A DNA stretch of 64,000 nucleotides from an uncultured Clostridia bacterium (GTDB lineage Bacteria > Bacillota > Clostridia > TANB77 > CAG-508), in NCBI GenBank assembly GCA_944391835.1, contig CALXVA010000001.1, positions 3,897 through 67,896 of the forward strand, given 5' to 3'. The notes under the pieces were generated by a model. The model saw nothing but the letters and a program-made list of their open reading frames with translations. It was not told the DNA's origin and ran no database searches. Of this stretch, positions 20,496-32,225 are shown in pieces (positions within the stretch are counted from its first letter, which is position 1; the number at the start of each line of letters is the position of its first letter). Position numbers and translations under genes: made by a program.

Positions 20496-20978
20496 TTAAT
20501 TATTTGAATTATTTCTTAGCCATGAAACAGATAATTTATTTTTTATCTCTTCTCTTGCCATTTCATTTGTTATATCATAATTATATGGTGCTACTAAGAA
20601 TATAGAATTTGATACCTTTTGTAAATTTCCATCTAATGCATGAACCGCACCACTAACAACGTCAACTATTCTTCTAGCCACATCTTTATTTACATACTCT
20701 AGATTTACAATAATTGACTTTTTTTCCTTTAATAAATTACATATACTTTCTGATTGCTCAAAAGTAGTTGGTTGACAAATAACCATTTTTACTTGTTGTG
20801 TTTGTGGCAAATTAACTACCTTATTGTTTCTTCTGCCCCAAATTTTTCTATCTTCTTCCTCTTCTTCTTGGTTTTCTATATCTTCATTTTTATCATAATC
20901 TAATTCTTCTGTTTCTTCTTCTTCTTTCTCTGGTAATCCTAACATTCCCCATACTTTTTCCATAATAGCTCCTGACAT
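20496..20978 (-). CDS. sepF: cell-division protein SepF
   Basis: C-terminal SepF domain KKSIIVNLEYVNKDVARRIVDVVSGAVHALDGNLQKVSNSIFLVAP; acidic N-terminal linker. Confidence 0.8.
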   Translation of the reverse strand: MSGAIMEKVWGMLGLPEKEEEETEELDYDKNEDIENQEEEEEDRKIWGRRNNKVVNLPQTQQVKMVICQPTTFEQSESICNLLKEKKSIIVNLEYVNKDVARRIVDVVSGAVHALDGNLQKVSNSIFLVAPYNYDITNEMAREEIKNKLSVSWLRNNSNN

Positions 20979-21125
20979 TCAAATAACCTCCTTAAAATTC
21001 GTCCTTGGTTTCTACTTGTTATAGTATCTATCATTTTTTTAATATTGTCAATAGTTTTTTTATTTTTGTAACATTTTTTTAATATATTTGTAATATATTT
21101 GTAATATTGTTTTGTAACTTATTGA

Positions 21126-22409
21126 TTAGTTAATTAATATTTCGTCATAAATTGCTATATTCGGCATATTTCTTATTTCTGTCGCAGAATATCCTAATTC
21201 AGTTAGTTCATCACTAGTATAATTTGTAACAATTGAATATTTTTCATTTGTTTTTAAAACTTTTACTAGTATTTTATCTTCATATCCAATTCTTGTTCTA
21301 GTTACATATGCAATTTCATTTCCGTTCCTTTCTTCTGTTGATATTGCATTATTTGGTATTCTTAACCCAGAACTGCTCCACCAAATAATACTAAATGAAA
21401 TCTTTCTATATGTAGTTAATTCTTCTACTCCCTCATCTATTTTTAAAGTTAGAATATATTCTTTATCTTCTGTGGTTTTATATTCTATACTCGCCTTTAC
21501 TTCTTTTCCACTAGGTAACCTTATAGTTACTCTATCTCCTACTTCTGCATCTCTTGCATAATCTGAGTCTAGAACACAAACAATATAACATTCGTAATTA
21601 TCTACAATTTTTCCGGCCTCACTACTCATAGGTATAATCTGACCAGTTTTTAGATTTAGCTCTTCTAAAAATTTCTTTGTATATTTTCCAAAGTCGTCTG
21701 TTGTCAAAATATCCTCATATCCATCTACTCTATACGATACTATTCCACTTTTAGTTGCCTCTATGTATTCTTCTCCAGAACTTAATTCATTTTCATATTC
21801 ACTTCTCTGTTCTATCAATTTCTTTAAATATGAACCTGCTGGGCTTTGTTCTCCTGCTATTTTTGATTTTTTACTCATGCTACTAATAATTTCGTCTTTA
21901 TTATTTTGTATTACTGTTAAATCACTTTCTCCATATAAATCATAAATTTTAGAGTCTATCTGATCTTCAAGTGCTTTTGAATCTGATGTAGGAGCCTTTT
22001 CGGTTTCTGCCATGGCTTCATCTATTTTTTCATCTAGATCTTTTATTTTTTCCACTAAATTTTCTTCGTTATTTGAATAATATCTAAAAATTGACTCTCC
22101 TTTTGCAACTTTCTCACCCTCTGTTTTTATTTGCTCAATACCATTTTTATAATTTTCTCCTCTTATAACTTCTTCGTCTCTTATCAAATAACCTACTGCA
22201 ATTTCTTCTTCTCTTACCTGTCCCATTTCAACATATACTGTATCGGTTGGTTTCTGTATTAGTTTAATTACCATATATATTACATATATTAAAATGCATG
22301 CTAATAAAAGCAATAGTATTTTTTTTCTATGCTTTTTTAAAACACTTATTAACTTATTTCTATTTTTTATGTTCTTTTCATTACTTTCTACATTAGTTGT
22401 TTTTTTCAC
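21126..22409 (-). CDS. HlyD-family membrane-fusion-like protein (N-terminal TM, coiled coil, beta-barrel region)
   Basis: TM helix, long coiled coil, C-terminal VGDRVTIRLPSGKEVKASIEY beta-hairpin typical of HlyD/biotin-lipoyl-like folds. Confidence 0.45.
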   Translation of the reverse strand: MKKTTNVESNEKNIKNRNKLISVLKKHRKKILLLLLACILIYVIYMVIKLIQKPTDTVYVEMGQVREEEIAVGYLIRDEEVIRGENYKNGIEQIKTEGEKVAKGESIFRYYSNNEENLVEKIKDLDEKIDEAMAETEKAPTSDSKALEDQIDSKIYDLYGESDLTVIQNNKDEIISSMSKKSKIAGEQSPAGSYLKKLIEQRSEYENELSSGEEYIEATKSGIVSYRVDGYEDILTTDDFGKYTKKFLEELNLKTGQIIPMSSEAGKIVDNYECYIVCVLDSDYARDAEVGDRVTIRLPSGKEVKASIEYKTTEDKEYILTLKIDEGVEELTTYRKISFSIIWWSSSGLRIPNNAISTEERNGNEIAYVTRTRIGYEDKILVKVLKTNEKYSIVTNYTSDELTELGYSATEIRNMPNIAIYDEILIN

Positions 22410-23325
22410 TATATTCCTCCAAAATAATATTTATATTATTTTGTAAATCACCTAATCCATCAAGCCAAATTAAATTATCATATTTTCTGAACCATGTCAA
22501 CTGTCTTTTGGCATATCTTCTTGTTTCTTGTTTTATTTTTTCTATCATTTCTTCTTTAGAAATCTTACCATCTAAATATTCTACAACTTCTTTATAGCCA
22601 AGTCCTTGTAATGCAGTTGGTAATTCTTTGTATTTTGCACATAAATTTTTAACTTCTTCTACTAATCCAGCTTTTATCATAAGATCCACACGCATATTAA
22701 TTCTTTCGTATAATTTTTCTCTTTCCATTGCTATGCCAAATAATAAATAATCGTACTCTGGTTTATTTTTTCTAGACTCTATTTCCAATTGAGTTTTCGT
22801 TTTTCCTGTTGATTTATATATTTCCAAAATTCTAAAGATTCTTTTTTTATCATTATGGCTAATTTTCTTTATAGCTTCTGGGTCAATTAACTCTGCTTTT
22901 TTATAAAGACTTTCTAGTCCCTCTTCTTTTTCAATTTTTTCTAATTCTTCTCTATATTTTAAGTCCACTTCTATTTCGTTATACTCAATATTGTATATAA
23001 GCGATTCTAAATAAAGTCCTGTGCCTCCTACAATTATTGGGATCTTTCCTTTTGAAAATATTTCTTTTATTGCAAAAATTGCATCTTTTTTATAGTCTGC
23101 CACACTATACCTTGTTTTTGGAGAAACACAATCTATTAAATAGTGTTTTATTCCTTGCATCTCCTCTTCTGTTGGCTTTGCAGTTCCAATAGTCATATCT
23201 TTATATATTTGCATAGAGTCACAAGATACAATCTCTCCATTTATTTTCTTAGCTAGTTCTATAGATAATTTTGTTTTTCCAGAAGCTGTTGGACCACAAA
23301 TAACTATAACCTTACATTTACACAT
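22393..23325 (-). CDS. miaA: tRNA dimethylallyltransferase MiaA
   Basis: VIVICGPTASGKT P-loop, DSMQIYKDMTIGTAKPT. Confidence 0.9.
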   Translation of the reverse strand: MCKCKVIVICGPTASGKTKLSIELAKKINGEIVSCDSMQIYKDMTIGTAKPTEEEMQGIKHYLIDCVSPKTRYSVADYKKDAIFAIKEIFSKGKIPIIVGGTGLYLESLIYNIEYNEIEVDLKYREELEKIEKEEGLESLYKKAELIDPEAIKKISHNDKKRIFRILEIYKSTGKTKTQLEIESRKNKPEYDYLLFGIAMEREKLYERINMRVDLMIKAGLVEEVKNLCAKYKELPTALQGLGYKEVVEYLDGKISKEEMIEKIKQETRRYAKRQLTWFRKYDNLIWLDGLGDLQNNINIILEEYSEKNN

Positions 23326-23344
23326 AACTTTCTCCCAAATTTTC

Positions 23345-23965
23345 TTATTCTACTACATTACTTGGTACAGCTTCCACTACATTGTCTGTTTCTGTATTAG
23401 CTTGTTCTGCGTTTTCGTTTGTATATGTATCATTTACTACGTTTGTAGTTTCTACTTCAATTTGATTTGTTGTGCCTGCATTATTTACTATTTCATTTGA
23501 TTGCTCTGTAGATAATTCATTTGTGGTTTCTTGCTGGACTTGATTACTTCTATCTGTAATCATTTTTACAACTTGATTTTGTATATTTTCAAAATATGAA
23601 CATTCAACAATAAGTAAAATTAATAAGATTATTCCCAGTACAATTCCCCTATTTTTTAAGATTGTTCCACTAATTCCTCCATCTTTAAATTTACAATATG
23701 TTCTTGCAAATAGCGGAAGAACAATTATTCCATTAATTGGAACAAATAAGAAAATTATCAAATCTTTTCCCAAGTCTGAAACCTCTGTCATTTCTATATT
23801 TCTTGTACTAATCCAATATACAACTGATGTAAGAATATACATTAATGCGATTCCCATTGCTATAAATATAAGCTTTTCCTTTGAATTTCTATTATTAAGT
23901 GAACGATACATAAGAAGTATTGAAACAACATTTAGAATTAGTATAAATAAAATAATAATCAACAT
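23345..23965 (-). CDS. hypothetical membrane protein with Asn/Thr/Glu-rich tail
   Basis: 206-aa ORF with about four TM segments and a low-complexity C-terminus. Confidence 0.4.
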   Translation of the reverse strand: MLIIILFILILNVVSILLMYRSLNNRNSKEKLIFIAMGIALMYILTSVVYWISTRNIEMTEVSDLGKDLIIFLFVPINGIIVLPLFARTYCKFKDGGISGTILKNRGIVLGIILLILLIVECSYFENIQNQVVKMITDRSNQVQQETTNELSTEQSNEIVNNAGTTNQIEVETTNVVNDTYTNENAEQANTETDNVVEAVPSNVVE

Positions 23966-23978
23966 AATTTATCTCCTT

Positions 23979-26483
23979 TTATCTTCTAGAAAATTTCTTT
24001 TCAATATCTGCCTTAGTCATTCTTATAGCAGTTGGTCTTCCGTGTGGACATGTAAATGGATTTGGAAGAGTTAATAACTTTTTCATTAAACTATCTACTT
24101 CTTCTTTAGTTAATGCCATATTTGCTTTAACTGCTGCTTTGCATGCTACTGTAGCAATAAACTTTTCTTCAATTTCTTGTTTTGCTGTTCTAGCTACAGT
24201 ATTTATCTCGTCCAAAGTTTCCAAAAATAGTTCCTTTGTATCTAAGTCTAAGCATACAGTTGGCACTCCACTTAATTTTATGGTATTCTCTCCAAATTCT
24301 TCTAAATCAAATCCTGCTTTTTCAAAAATATCCATGTTATCTTTTGCTATTTGCATATCTTTGTGGCTTAAAGTAATAATGTCTGGAAGTAGCATTAACT
24401 GTGAATCTTTATTTGTATCGCTATAATAATTTGCTTTTATTTTTTCATACATTATTCTTTCATGTGCTGCATGTTGATCTATTATATAAAGCTCACTATT
24501 CATTTCAATAATTATGTACGTAGAAAAAGCTATACCTATAAATTTGTAATCTGGCACATTGTTTTGAGGTAACTTTTCAAATATTGAAATATTTTCTGCT
24601 GTTTTCAAATCTGCTTCCTCAACTTTATATTCTGTATTTTCTTCTTCTACTTTCTTCTCTTCTTTTTTTGGTTTACCAAAAGTTAATGCATACATTTCAT
24701 CAAAATTTTTATAGTCTGGGTCTAGTTTTAGCTCATCTAACTTATGCATTTTTTCATTTATTTCGTTTATATCTATTGTTTTTGTAGCATCTGCAGTTTT
24801 AGATAAGCTTTCATTAGTTTGATTTGTTCCTTCTATACCATTTGCACTATTGCTATTTGTTTCTATAACATTTGTGCTGTCAATATTTAGCATATTATTT
24901 TCTAATGCTGGTTTTGATATTTCTGCGTTTTCTGCTACTAGATTAGAAGTAGTGCTATTACTACTTTCTTTAGAGGTATCTACTGTATTACTGTTATTTT
25001 CATAACTATTTATTCCGTTTTTATTGTTATAAATTTGAGCAATAAAATTTTGTGTCTCATCTACCTCTTTATTTTTTTCTATTTCTTGTTCTTTTTTTCT
25101 TCCAAATAAACCAAACAGCCCTCCTCTTTTATGCTCTTTTTTCTCTTCTTCGTCTTCTTGAAAAAATATATCTAAATTACTTATTCTAGATGTTTCATCT
25201 AACATTTCGGTTTTAGCATCTTCCTGTTTAATTGTTTTAGTTTCTACTTGAGACTCTGTTTTATTTTCAAATTGATTTACTTTATTTATAACTTCTGTAT
25301 CAATTGAATTTTGCTCTTCTACATTTTTTAAATTGCCAAATTGATTTAGACTAGTTTCTAACGTGTTTTTTACACCAAAACTATTACTGCTACTTGTATT
25401 TGTAAAAGAGTTAAATGTATTTGTTCCTAGTTTCCATGCATCTTTTGATTGTATCTGCTTATCTAATTCGATCTTGGTTTTATCTGGTACTAAGTCCTCT
25501 TTTAATAAACTATCCTTTATAGCATGGTAAATTGCCTTAAACACTTGATTTTCATCTTCGAATCTAACCTCTAATTTTGCAGGATGTACATTAACATCTA
25601 CCTTTTTAGGGTTCATTTCCATATTTAACACTAAAAATCCGTATTTTCCTATTGTAAGTAATCCTTTATAGCTCTGCTCTGCCGCACTAGTTAAAATTTT
25701 ATCTTTTATATATCTTTTATTTACGAAGAAAAGCTGGTTAGACCTATTTGAACGTGCTATAGCTGGCTTTCCCACTACACCTGTTATATTTATATCTTCA
25801 TATGTATAATTTACATCTATAACATTTTCAGCAACATCTTTACCATAAATACTATAAATAACAGATTTCATGTCTCCATTTCCAGAAGTTTGTATTATTA
25901 CTTTCCCTGAATTTACAAGTTTTATAGATATTTCTGGATGAACAAGTGCGATTCTTGTAACTACATCTTCTATGTAACCTGCCTCGGTAAAATCTTTCTT
26001 TAAAAATTTATATCTTACAGGAGTATTATAGAATAGGTCTGTTATAGTAATAGTACTTCCTTGAGGGCAACCTGCATCCTCTACATTTATAATCTCTCCA
26101 CCTTTAACTTCTACCCTTTTACCAATTTCATTATTTGCTGTTTTTGAAATTAATTCTACATGACTAATAGCTGCAATACTTGCTAATGCCTCACCTCTAA
26201 ACCCCATAGAAGTTACAGTTTCTAAGTCTGATGCTTCCCTTATTTTACTTGTTGCATGTCTTTCAAATGCCATTTCCATATCGTCTGGTAAAAAGCCTTT
26301 GCCATTATCTGTAATTCGTATATATGTTATTCCACCATTTTTGGTTTCTATATTTATTTTATTTGCTCCTGCATCTATTGAGTTTTCTACTAGCTCCTTT
26401 ACTACTGAAGCAGGTCTTTCTATAACTTCACCCGCTGCTATTTTATTTATTGTTAAGTCATCTAATAAAACTATATTACCCAT
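23979..26483 (-). CDS. mutL: DNA mismatch repair protein MutL (long linker)
   Basis: GHKL ATPase N-terminus LDDLTINKIAAGEVIERPASVVKELVENSIDAGA; C-terminal dimerisation domain with FTCPHGRPT; no mutS adjacent. Confidence 0.9.
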   Translation of the reverse strand: MGNIVLLDDLTINKIAAGEVIERPASVVKELVENSIDAGANKINIETKNGGITYIRITDNGKGFLPDDMEMAFERHATSKIREASDLETVTSMGFRGEALASIAAISHVELISKTANNEIGKRVEVKGGEIINVEDAGCPQGSTITITDLFYNTPVRYKFLKKDFTEAGYIEDVVTRIALVHPEISIKLVNSGKVIIQTSGNGDMKSVIYSIYGKDVAENVIDVNYTYEDINITGVVGKPAIARSNRSNQLFFVNKRYIKDKILTSAAEQSYKGLLTIGKYGFLVLNMEMNPKKVDVNVHPAKLEVRFEDENQVFKAIYHAIKDSLLKEDLVPDKTKIELDKQIQSKDAWKLGTNTFNSFTNTSSSNSFGVKNTLETSLNQFGNLKNVEEQNSIDTEVINKVNQFENKTESQVETKTIKQEDAKTEMLDETSRISNLDIFFQEDEEEKKEHKRGGLFGLFGRKKEQEIEKNKEVDETQNFIAQIYNNKNGINSYENNSNTVDTSKESSNSTTSNLVAENAEISKPALENNMLNIDSTNVIETNSNSANGIEGTNQTNESLSKTADATKTIDINEINEKMHKLDELKLDPDYKNFDEMYALTFGKPKKEEKKVEEENTEYKVEEADLKTAENISIFEKLPQNNVPDYKFIGIAFSTYIIIEMNSELYIIDQHAAHERIMYEKIKANYYSDTNKDSQLMLLPDIITLSHKDMQIAKDNMDIFEKAGFDLEEFGENTIKLSGVPTVCLDLDTKELFLETLDEINTVARTAKQEIEEKFIATVACKAAVKANMALTKEEVDSLMKKLLTLPNPFTCPHGRPTAIRMTKADIEKKFSRR

Positions 26484-26717
26484 TTTATTCCTCCATTTGA
26501 GCTAATTTTAGTTTAACAAAATTTTATTAATAGTCTTCCTTTTTGTTTATTCCATAGAATTATATCATTAAACTACGCTTTTTGTATAGTTTTTTACAAA
26601 ATTTTCACAAAATATATTTCTAATTACTTTGTAACCCTTTTTTTAGTTTTGAATAATATATACCATACGAAAGAACTTCATAAATACATTTAAAAAGTTT
26701 TATAAGGAGGTAAAGAA

Positions 26718-26840
26718 ATGGGAAATTGTTGTTGTAATAATAGCGAACTTTTATGGTTCATAATCCTATTCTTGCTACTCTTCTGTTGTGGAGGTAACAA
26801 CTGTTGTAGTAACTCATGTAACAATTCTTGTGGTTGTTAA
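26718..26840 (+). CDS. 40-aa Cys/Asn-rich micropeptide with central hydrophobic helix (YjcZ-like tiny TM protein candidate)
   Basis: RBS AAGGAGG 8 nt before ATG; MGNCCCNNSELLWFIILFLLLFCCGGNNCCSNSCNNSCGC. Confidence 0.6.
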   Translation: MGNCCCNNSELLWFIILFLLLFCCGGNNCCSNSCNNSCGC

Positions 26841-26878
26841 TTACATTAAAGTTTTAAATTTGAAAGGAGGGGAATTTT

Positions 26879-26998
26879 ATGCCAGAAAATAGAGGATGTG
26901 GATGCGGTTTTGGATTTGGTGATGATTGCTGCTGGATAATAATCGTATTAATATTATTATGTTGTTGCTGTGGTGGTAACAGAGGTGGATGTTGCTAA
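26879..26998 (+). CDS. 39-aa Cys/Gly-rich micropeptide with central hydrophobic helix (paralogue of 26718 gene)
   Basis: RBS AAAGGAGGGG; MPENRGCGCGFGFGDDCCWIIIVLILLCCCCGGNRGGCC; followed by terminator. Confidence 0.6.
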   Translation: MPENRGCGCGFGFGDDCCWIIIVLILLCCCCGGNRGGCC

Positions 26999-27020
26999 TT
27001 AATTAACAATAAGACAAAAT

Positions 27021-27060
27021 AAAATCGTAGAGTGAAGTTTCTCTACGATTTTATTTTGTT
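27021..27060 (+). terminator. rho-independent terminator after the micropeptide pair
   Basis: aaaaTCGTAGAGtgaagtttCTCTACGAttttattttgtt. Confidence 0.7.
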
Positions 27061-27246
27061 TATCTTCTTTTATTATCTTCTTTTCTTCTATTTTCTTTTC
27101 TTCTGTCATGTTCTACTTCTACTTGTTTTTTTCTTCTATCTGTTTTACTTTTCCTTCTGTCTTCAAACATTTTTCCTTCTTTATCTACTATCATAAGTGC
27201 CTCTCCTTTATTTATATTTTTTATTTTATATTTCTACTGTCAAACA

Positions 27247-27321
27247 AAAGTGGCTGGGGTACTGTGATTCGAACACAGGAATGTCGGAGTCAGAGTCCGA
27301 TGCCTTACCGCTTGGCGATAC
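27247..27321 (-). tRNA. tRNA-Gln (anticodon CUG)
   Basis: reverse complement folds as cloverleaf: acceptor TGGGGTA/TACCCCA, anticodon stem TCGGA/TCCGA, loop CTCTGAC, T-arm CTGTG-TTCGAAT-CACAG, discriminator G, encoded CCA. Confidence 0.85.
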
Positions 27322-27327
27322 CCCAAT

Positions 27328-27358
27328 GTGTGTGGACAAAAGGGTCACTCCAATTTGT
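27328..27358. repeat. REP-like element family 2 abutting the tRNA 5' end
   Basis: GTGGACAAAAGGGTCACTCCAATTTGTCCAC. Confidence 0.75.
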
Positions 27359-27420
27359 CCACAAAATTTTTTTTAAATGATTTCTAAAGTCTGTGCATAT
27401 TCGAAGACGAAATGCCTTTC

Positions 27421-28975
<1,555 letters not shown>

Positions 28976-28980
<5 letters not shown>

Positions 28981-29782
28981 TGTGTTTTAAAATCTGACTC
29001 CTTACACTATTCCTCTGCTCTTCAATTTGCTCCACATAAGTTTTTGGTTTACTTGATTTGTCATCTTTGGCTTTTAGCAAATTTTTAAGTTTTTTCTTTT
29101 CTTTTATTTTATATGTATAGTGCTGTTCAGCAAAATTATTTTTAGCTTGCCTTTCTATCTTCTGCATTTCTGTTTCAGGAATGTACTCCTGTTCTTTTCT
29201 TTCCCTATTATAGTCAACTATTTTTTTAACTGGATTTTTATATATTGCTTCTGAATATTTTTCTATGTCCGGTCTAAAATATATGGTCTCATTTACATAG
29301 TTTCTTATAAGCTTTCTCTCCTTACGTGTAAATGCCTCGTCTGGTAATCCTAAGTTGTTATATTTCCATATAATATGCCTATCCATATTAGAATATTTTT
29401 TATAATTAATTTTTTCGTAATTATATTCTATTTCAAATTTTAAACCTTCTATTCTTACTGTTACACTTGTCCATAATCTATGCTTCTCTTTTTTAAATAT
29501 TTCCCATATTTTTTTTATTTGAGTATATAATTTTCCTACTAGTTTTATGTATTCTTCTTCATTTAAGCTAAATTTATTTGGTATTTCATAAACATTTACA
29601 GGATTCTTTTTTAAGATTCCTCGTGGAAAATAATAAAAGAATAATTCTCCTGTTTCTATTCCCTCCATTTTCTCTTCTACAGAAGCATATAAGTATATTC
29701 TATCCCATTTTTCTGGTATTAGATAAAATAATTGTTTCTGTAATTCAGAGTATACCTTTCTTATCTCTGAATTTTGTATCAT
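28976..29782 (-). CDS. DUF600 (YezG/EsaG-type) immunity-protein homologue with ~110-aa C-terminal extension, inserted between gpmI and eno
   Basis: collinear with staphylococcal DUF600 proteins: IPEKWDRIYLYASV, FFYYFPRG, VYEIPNKF, LYTQIKKIWEIFKKEKHRLWTSVTVRIEGLKFEIEYNY, WKYNNLGLPDE. Confidence 0.7.
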
Positions 29783-29804
29783 ATATTCCTCCAGTCTTTT
29801 CTAT

Positions 29805-31334
29805 TTATTTTACTATAATACTCTCTCCTGTCATCTCCTCTGGTTTTTCTAATCCCATTAGTTCTAACATTGTTGGAGCTAAATCTGCAAGTTTTCCTTC
29901 TTTTAATTTTGCGTCATCTTTTCCTACTAGTATAAGTGGTACTGGGTTAGTAGTATGTGCTGTATGTGGCTCTCCTGTTTTATAATCTAACATTTGCTCG
30001 CAATTACCATGATCAGCTGTAATTAACATTACACCATCATTTTTTCTTATTGCTTCTACCACTTTTCCCACACATTCATCTATTGTTTCTACTGCCTTAA
30101 CTGCAGCTTCTAAGTTTCCTGTATGTCCTACCATATCTGGGTTAGCATAATTTAGAATTATGCAATCATATTTTTTTGAGTTAATTGCTTCTAATACTTT
30201 GTCTGTTACTTCGTATGCACTCATTTCTGGCTTTAGGTCATATGTTTCAACTTTTGGTGATGGAACTAATATTCTATCTTCTCCTGGATATTGCTTTTCT
30301 TCTCCTCCATTAAAGAAAAATGTAACATGTGCATATTTCTCTGTTTCTGCTATTCTTAGTTGTGTTAAACCTTTTTGGCTTATATATTCTCCAAAAGTAT
30401 TTTTTAATGTTTCTGGTTTGAATGCTATTTTTACATTTGGCATTGTTTCGTCATATTGTGTGAAACATACATAATCCAAATCCATTTTTTTAGTTTCGAA
30501 TTCATTAAAGTCTTTATCTACTATTGCTCTTGTTAATTCTCTTGCTCTGTCTGGTCTAAAGTTAAAGAATATTACAGAATCATTTTCTTCTATTTTTGCT
30601 ATTGGCTCGTTGTTTTGGCATATTACAGTTGGCTCAACAAATTCATCAAATACCTCTTTTTGATATGAACTTTCTATAGCTGTTATTGCTGATGTAGCTT
30701 TAATGCCTTCTCCATTTACTATTGCATCATATGCTTTTTGAACTCTATTCCATCTTTTATCTCTATCCATTGCATAGAATCTACCAGAGATACTTGCAAT
30801 TTTTCCTACACCTTTTTCTTTCATTTTTTCTTCAAGATTCATTATATAGCTTTCTCCTGAAGTAGGTGGTGTATCTCTTCCATCCATAAAACAATGTACA
30901 TATACATTTTCAAAATCTTTTCTCTTAGCAAGTTCCAATATTGCATATAAATGACGATTATGACTATGTACTCCACCATCTGATAATAATCCTAAAATGT
31001 GTAATTTAGAATTATGTTTTTTACAATTTTCTATTGCTTCTACTAATTCTGGATTACTAAAAAAATCTCCATCTTCTATAGATTTTGTTATTCTTGTTAG
31101 TTCTTGATATACAATTCTTCCTGCTCCAATATTAGTATGTCCAACTTCAGAATTTCCCATTTGTCCATCTGGCAAACCAACATTTAATCCACTAGTATAC
31201 ATTTTTGTAGTTGGGCATGTTTTCATTAGTTTATCTATATTAGGTGTATTTGCAATTGCTACAGCATTTGCCTGTGTGTTTTCGTTTATTCCAAATCCAT
31301 CTAATATCATTAACATTGTAACTTTTTTGTCCAT
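29805..31334 (-). CDS. gpmI: 2,3-bisphosphoglycerate-independent phosphoglycerate mutase
   Basis: N-terminus VTMLMILDGFGINENT; SDGGVHSH; HGNCEQM. Confidence 0.95.
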   Translation of the reverse strand: MDKKVTMLMILDGFGINENTQANAVAIANTPNIDKLMKTCPTTKMYTSGLNVGLPDGQMGNSEVGHTNIGAGRIVYQELTRITKSIEDGDFFSNPELVEAIENCKKHNSKLHILGLLSDGGVHSHNRHLYAILELAKRKDFENVYVHCFMDGRDTPPTSGESYIMNLEEKMKEKGVGKIASISGRFYAMDRDKRWNRVQKAYDAIVNGEGIKATSAITAIESSYQKEVFDEFVEPTVICQNNEPIAKIEENDSVIFFNFRPDRARELTRAIVDKDFNEFETKKMDLDYVCFTQYDETMPNVKIAFKPETLKNTFGEYISQKGLTQLRIAETEKYAHVTFFFNGGEEKQYPGEDRILVPSPKVETYDLKPEMSAYEVTDKVLEAINSKKYDCIILNYANPDMVGHTGNLEAAVKAVETIDECVGKVVEAIRKNDGVMLITADHGNCEQMLDYKTGEPHTAHTTNPVPLILVGKDDAKLKEGKLADLAPTMLELMGLEKPEEMTGESIIVK

Positions 31335-31348
31335 TTTCCTATTCCTTT

Positions 31349-32098
31349 CTAATTATAATTTACAATCTTCGCAAATTCTTCTGATTTTAAACTTGCTCCT
31401 CCTACTAGTCCTCCGTCTATGTCGGACATAGTAAATAGTTCTTTGGCATTTGAAGCTTTTACACTTCCGCCATATTGTATTATAACTCTTTTTGCTACCA
31501 TTTGTCCATACATATTTGATATTTTATTTCTTATTGACTTTATAGCATTGTTTGCATCTTCTGATGTGGCTGTTTTTCCTGTTCCTATTGCCCAAATTGG
31601 TTCATACGCAATTATAGTATCAGCTACTTGTTCATCTGTTAATCCCTCAAGCGCTTTTTCAGTTTGAGAAGTTATAATTTCTTCCGCTTTCCCAGCTTCT
31701 CTTTCTTCTAGTGTTTCGCCCACACATACAATAGGCTTTAATCCATATTTGAATGCTGCCTTCAATTTTTTGTTTACAGTCTCATCTGTTTCTGCAAAAT
31801 ACTGTCTTCTTTCAGAATGCCCTATTATTACATATTCTACTCCTATAGCTTTTAGCATTTGTCCAGAAACTTCTCCCGTATACGCACCACTTTCTTCCCA
31901 GTGCATATTTTGTGCACCTATTTTGATATTTGTGTTTTGTGCTGTAAGTAACGCATAAAACAAATCTGTATAAGGCACACATAGTATTACTTCGCTTTCT
32001 GTGTCTTTTACAAGAGGTGTTAATTCATCTATAAATCTTATAGCAGCATCAGGTAGCATATTCATTTTCCAGTTTCCTGCAATCACTTTTTTTCTCAT
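31349..32098 (-). CDS. tpiA: triosephosphate isomerase
   Basis: MRKKVIAGNWKMN, IIGHSERR, AYEPIWAIGTG; true start ATG 32098 after AGGAGAG; the track ORF (to 32164) reads through an upstream REP-2 copy. Confidence 0.95.
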   Translation of the reverse strand: MRKKVIAGNWKMNMLPDAAIRFIDELTPLVKDTESEVILCVPYTDLFYALLTAQNTNIKIGAQNMHWEESGAYTGEVSGQMLKAIGVEYVIIGHSERRQYFAETDETVNKKLKAAFKYGLKPIVCVGETLEEREAGKAEEIITSQTEKALEGLTDEQVADTIIAYEPIWAIGTGKTATSEDANNAIKSIRNKISNMYGQMVAKRVIIQYGGSVKASNAKELFTMSDIDGGLVGGASLKSEEFAKIVNYN

Positions 32099-32118
32099 AA
32101 AATTCTCTCCTAACAAAA

Positions 32119-32225
32119 CGTGGACAAAGGGGACTACTGCCTTTTGTCCACGCTTTAATACCATTATATTATTTATATAAATTTTCTATCTTTGTGGACA
32201 AATAGGAGTGTCCCCTTTGTCCACG
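32119..32225. repeat. pair of REP-like family 2 hairpins (32119-32152 and 32194-32225) in the tpiA-pgk junction
   Basis: cGTGGACAAAGGGGACTACTGCCTTTTGTCCACg and GTGGACAAATAGGAGTGTCCCCTTTGTCCACg, opposite loop orientations, separated by an AT-rich ~40 bp. Confidence 0.8.
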
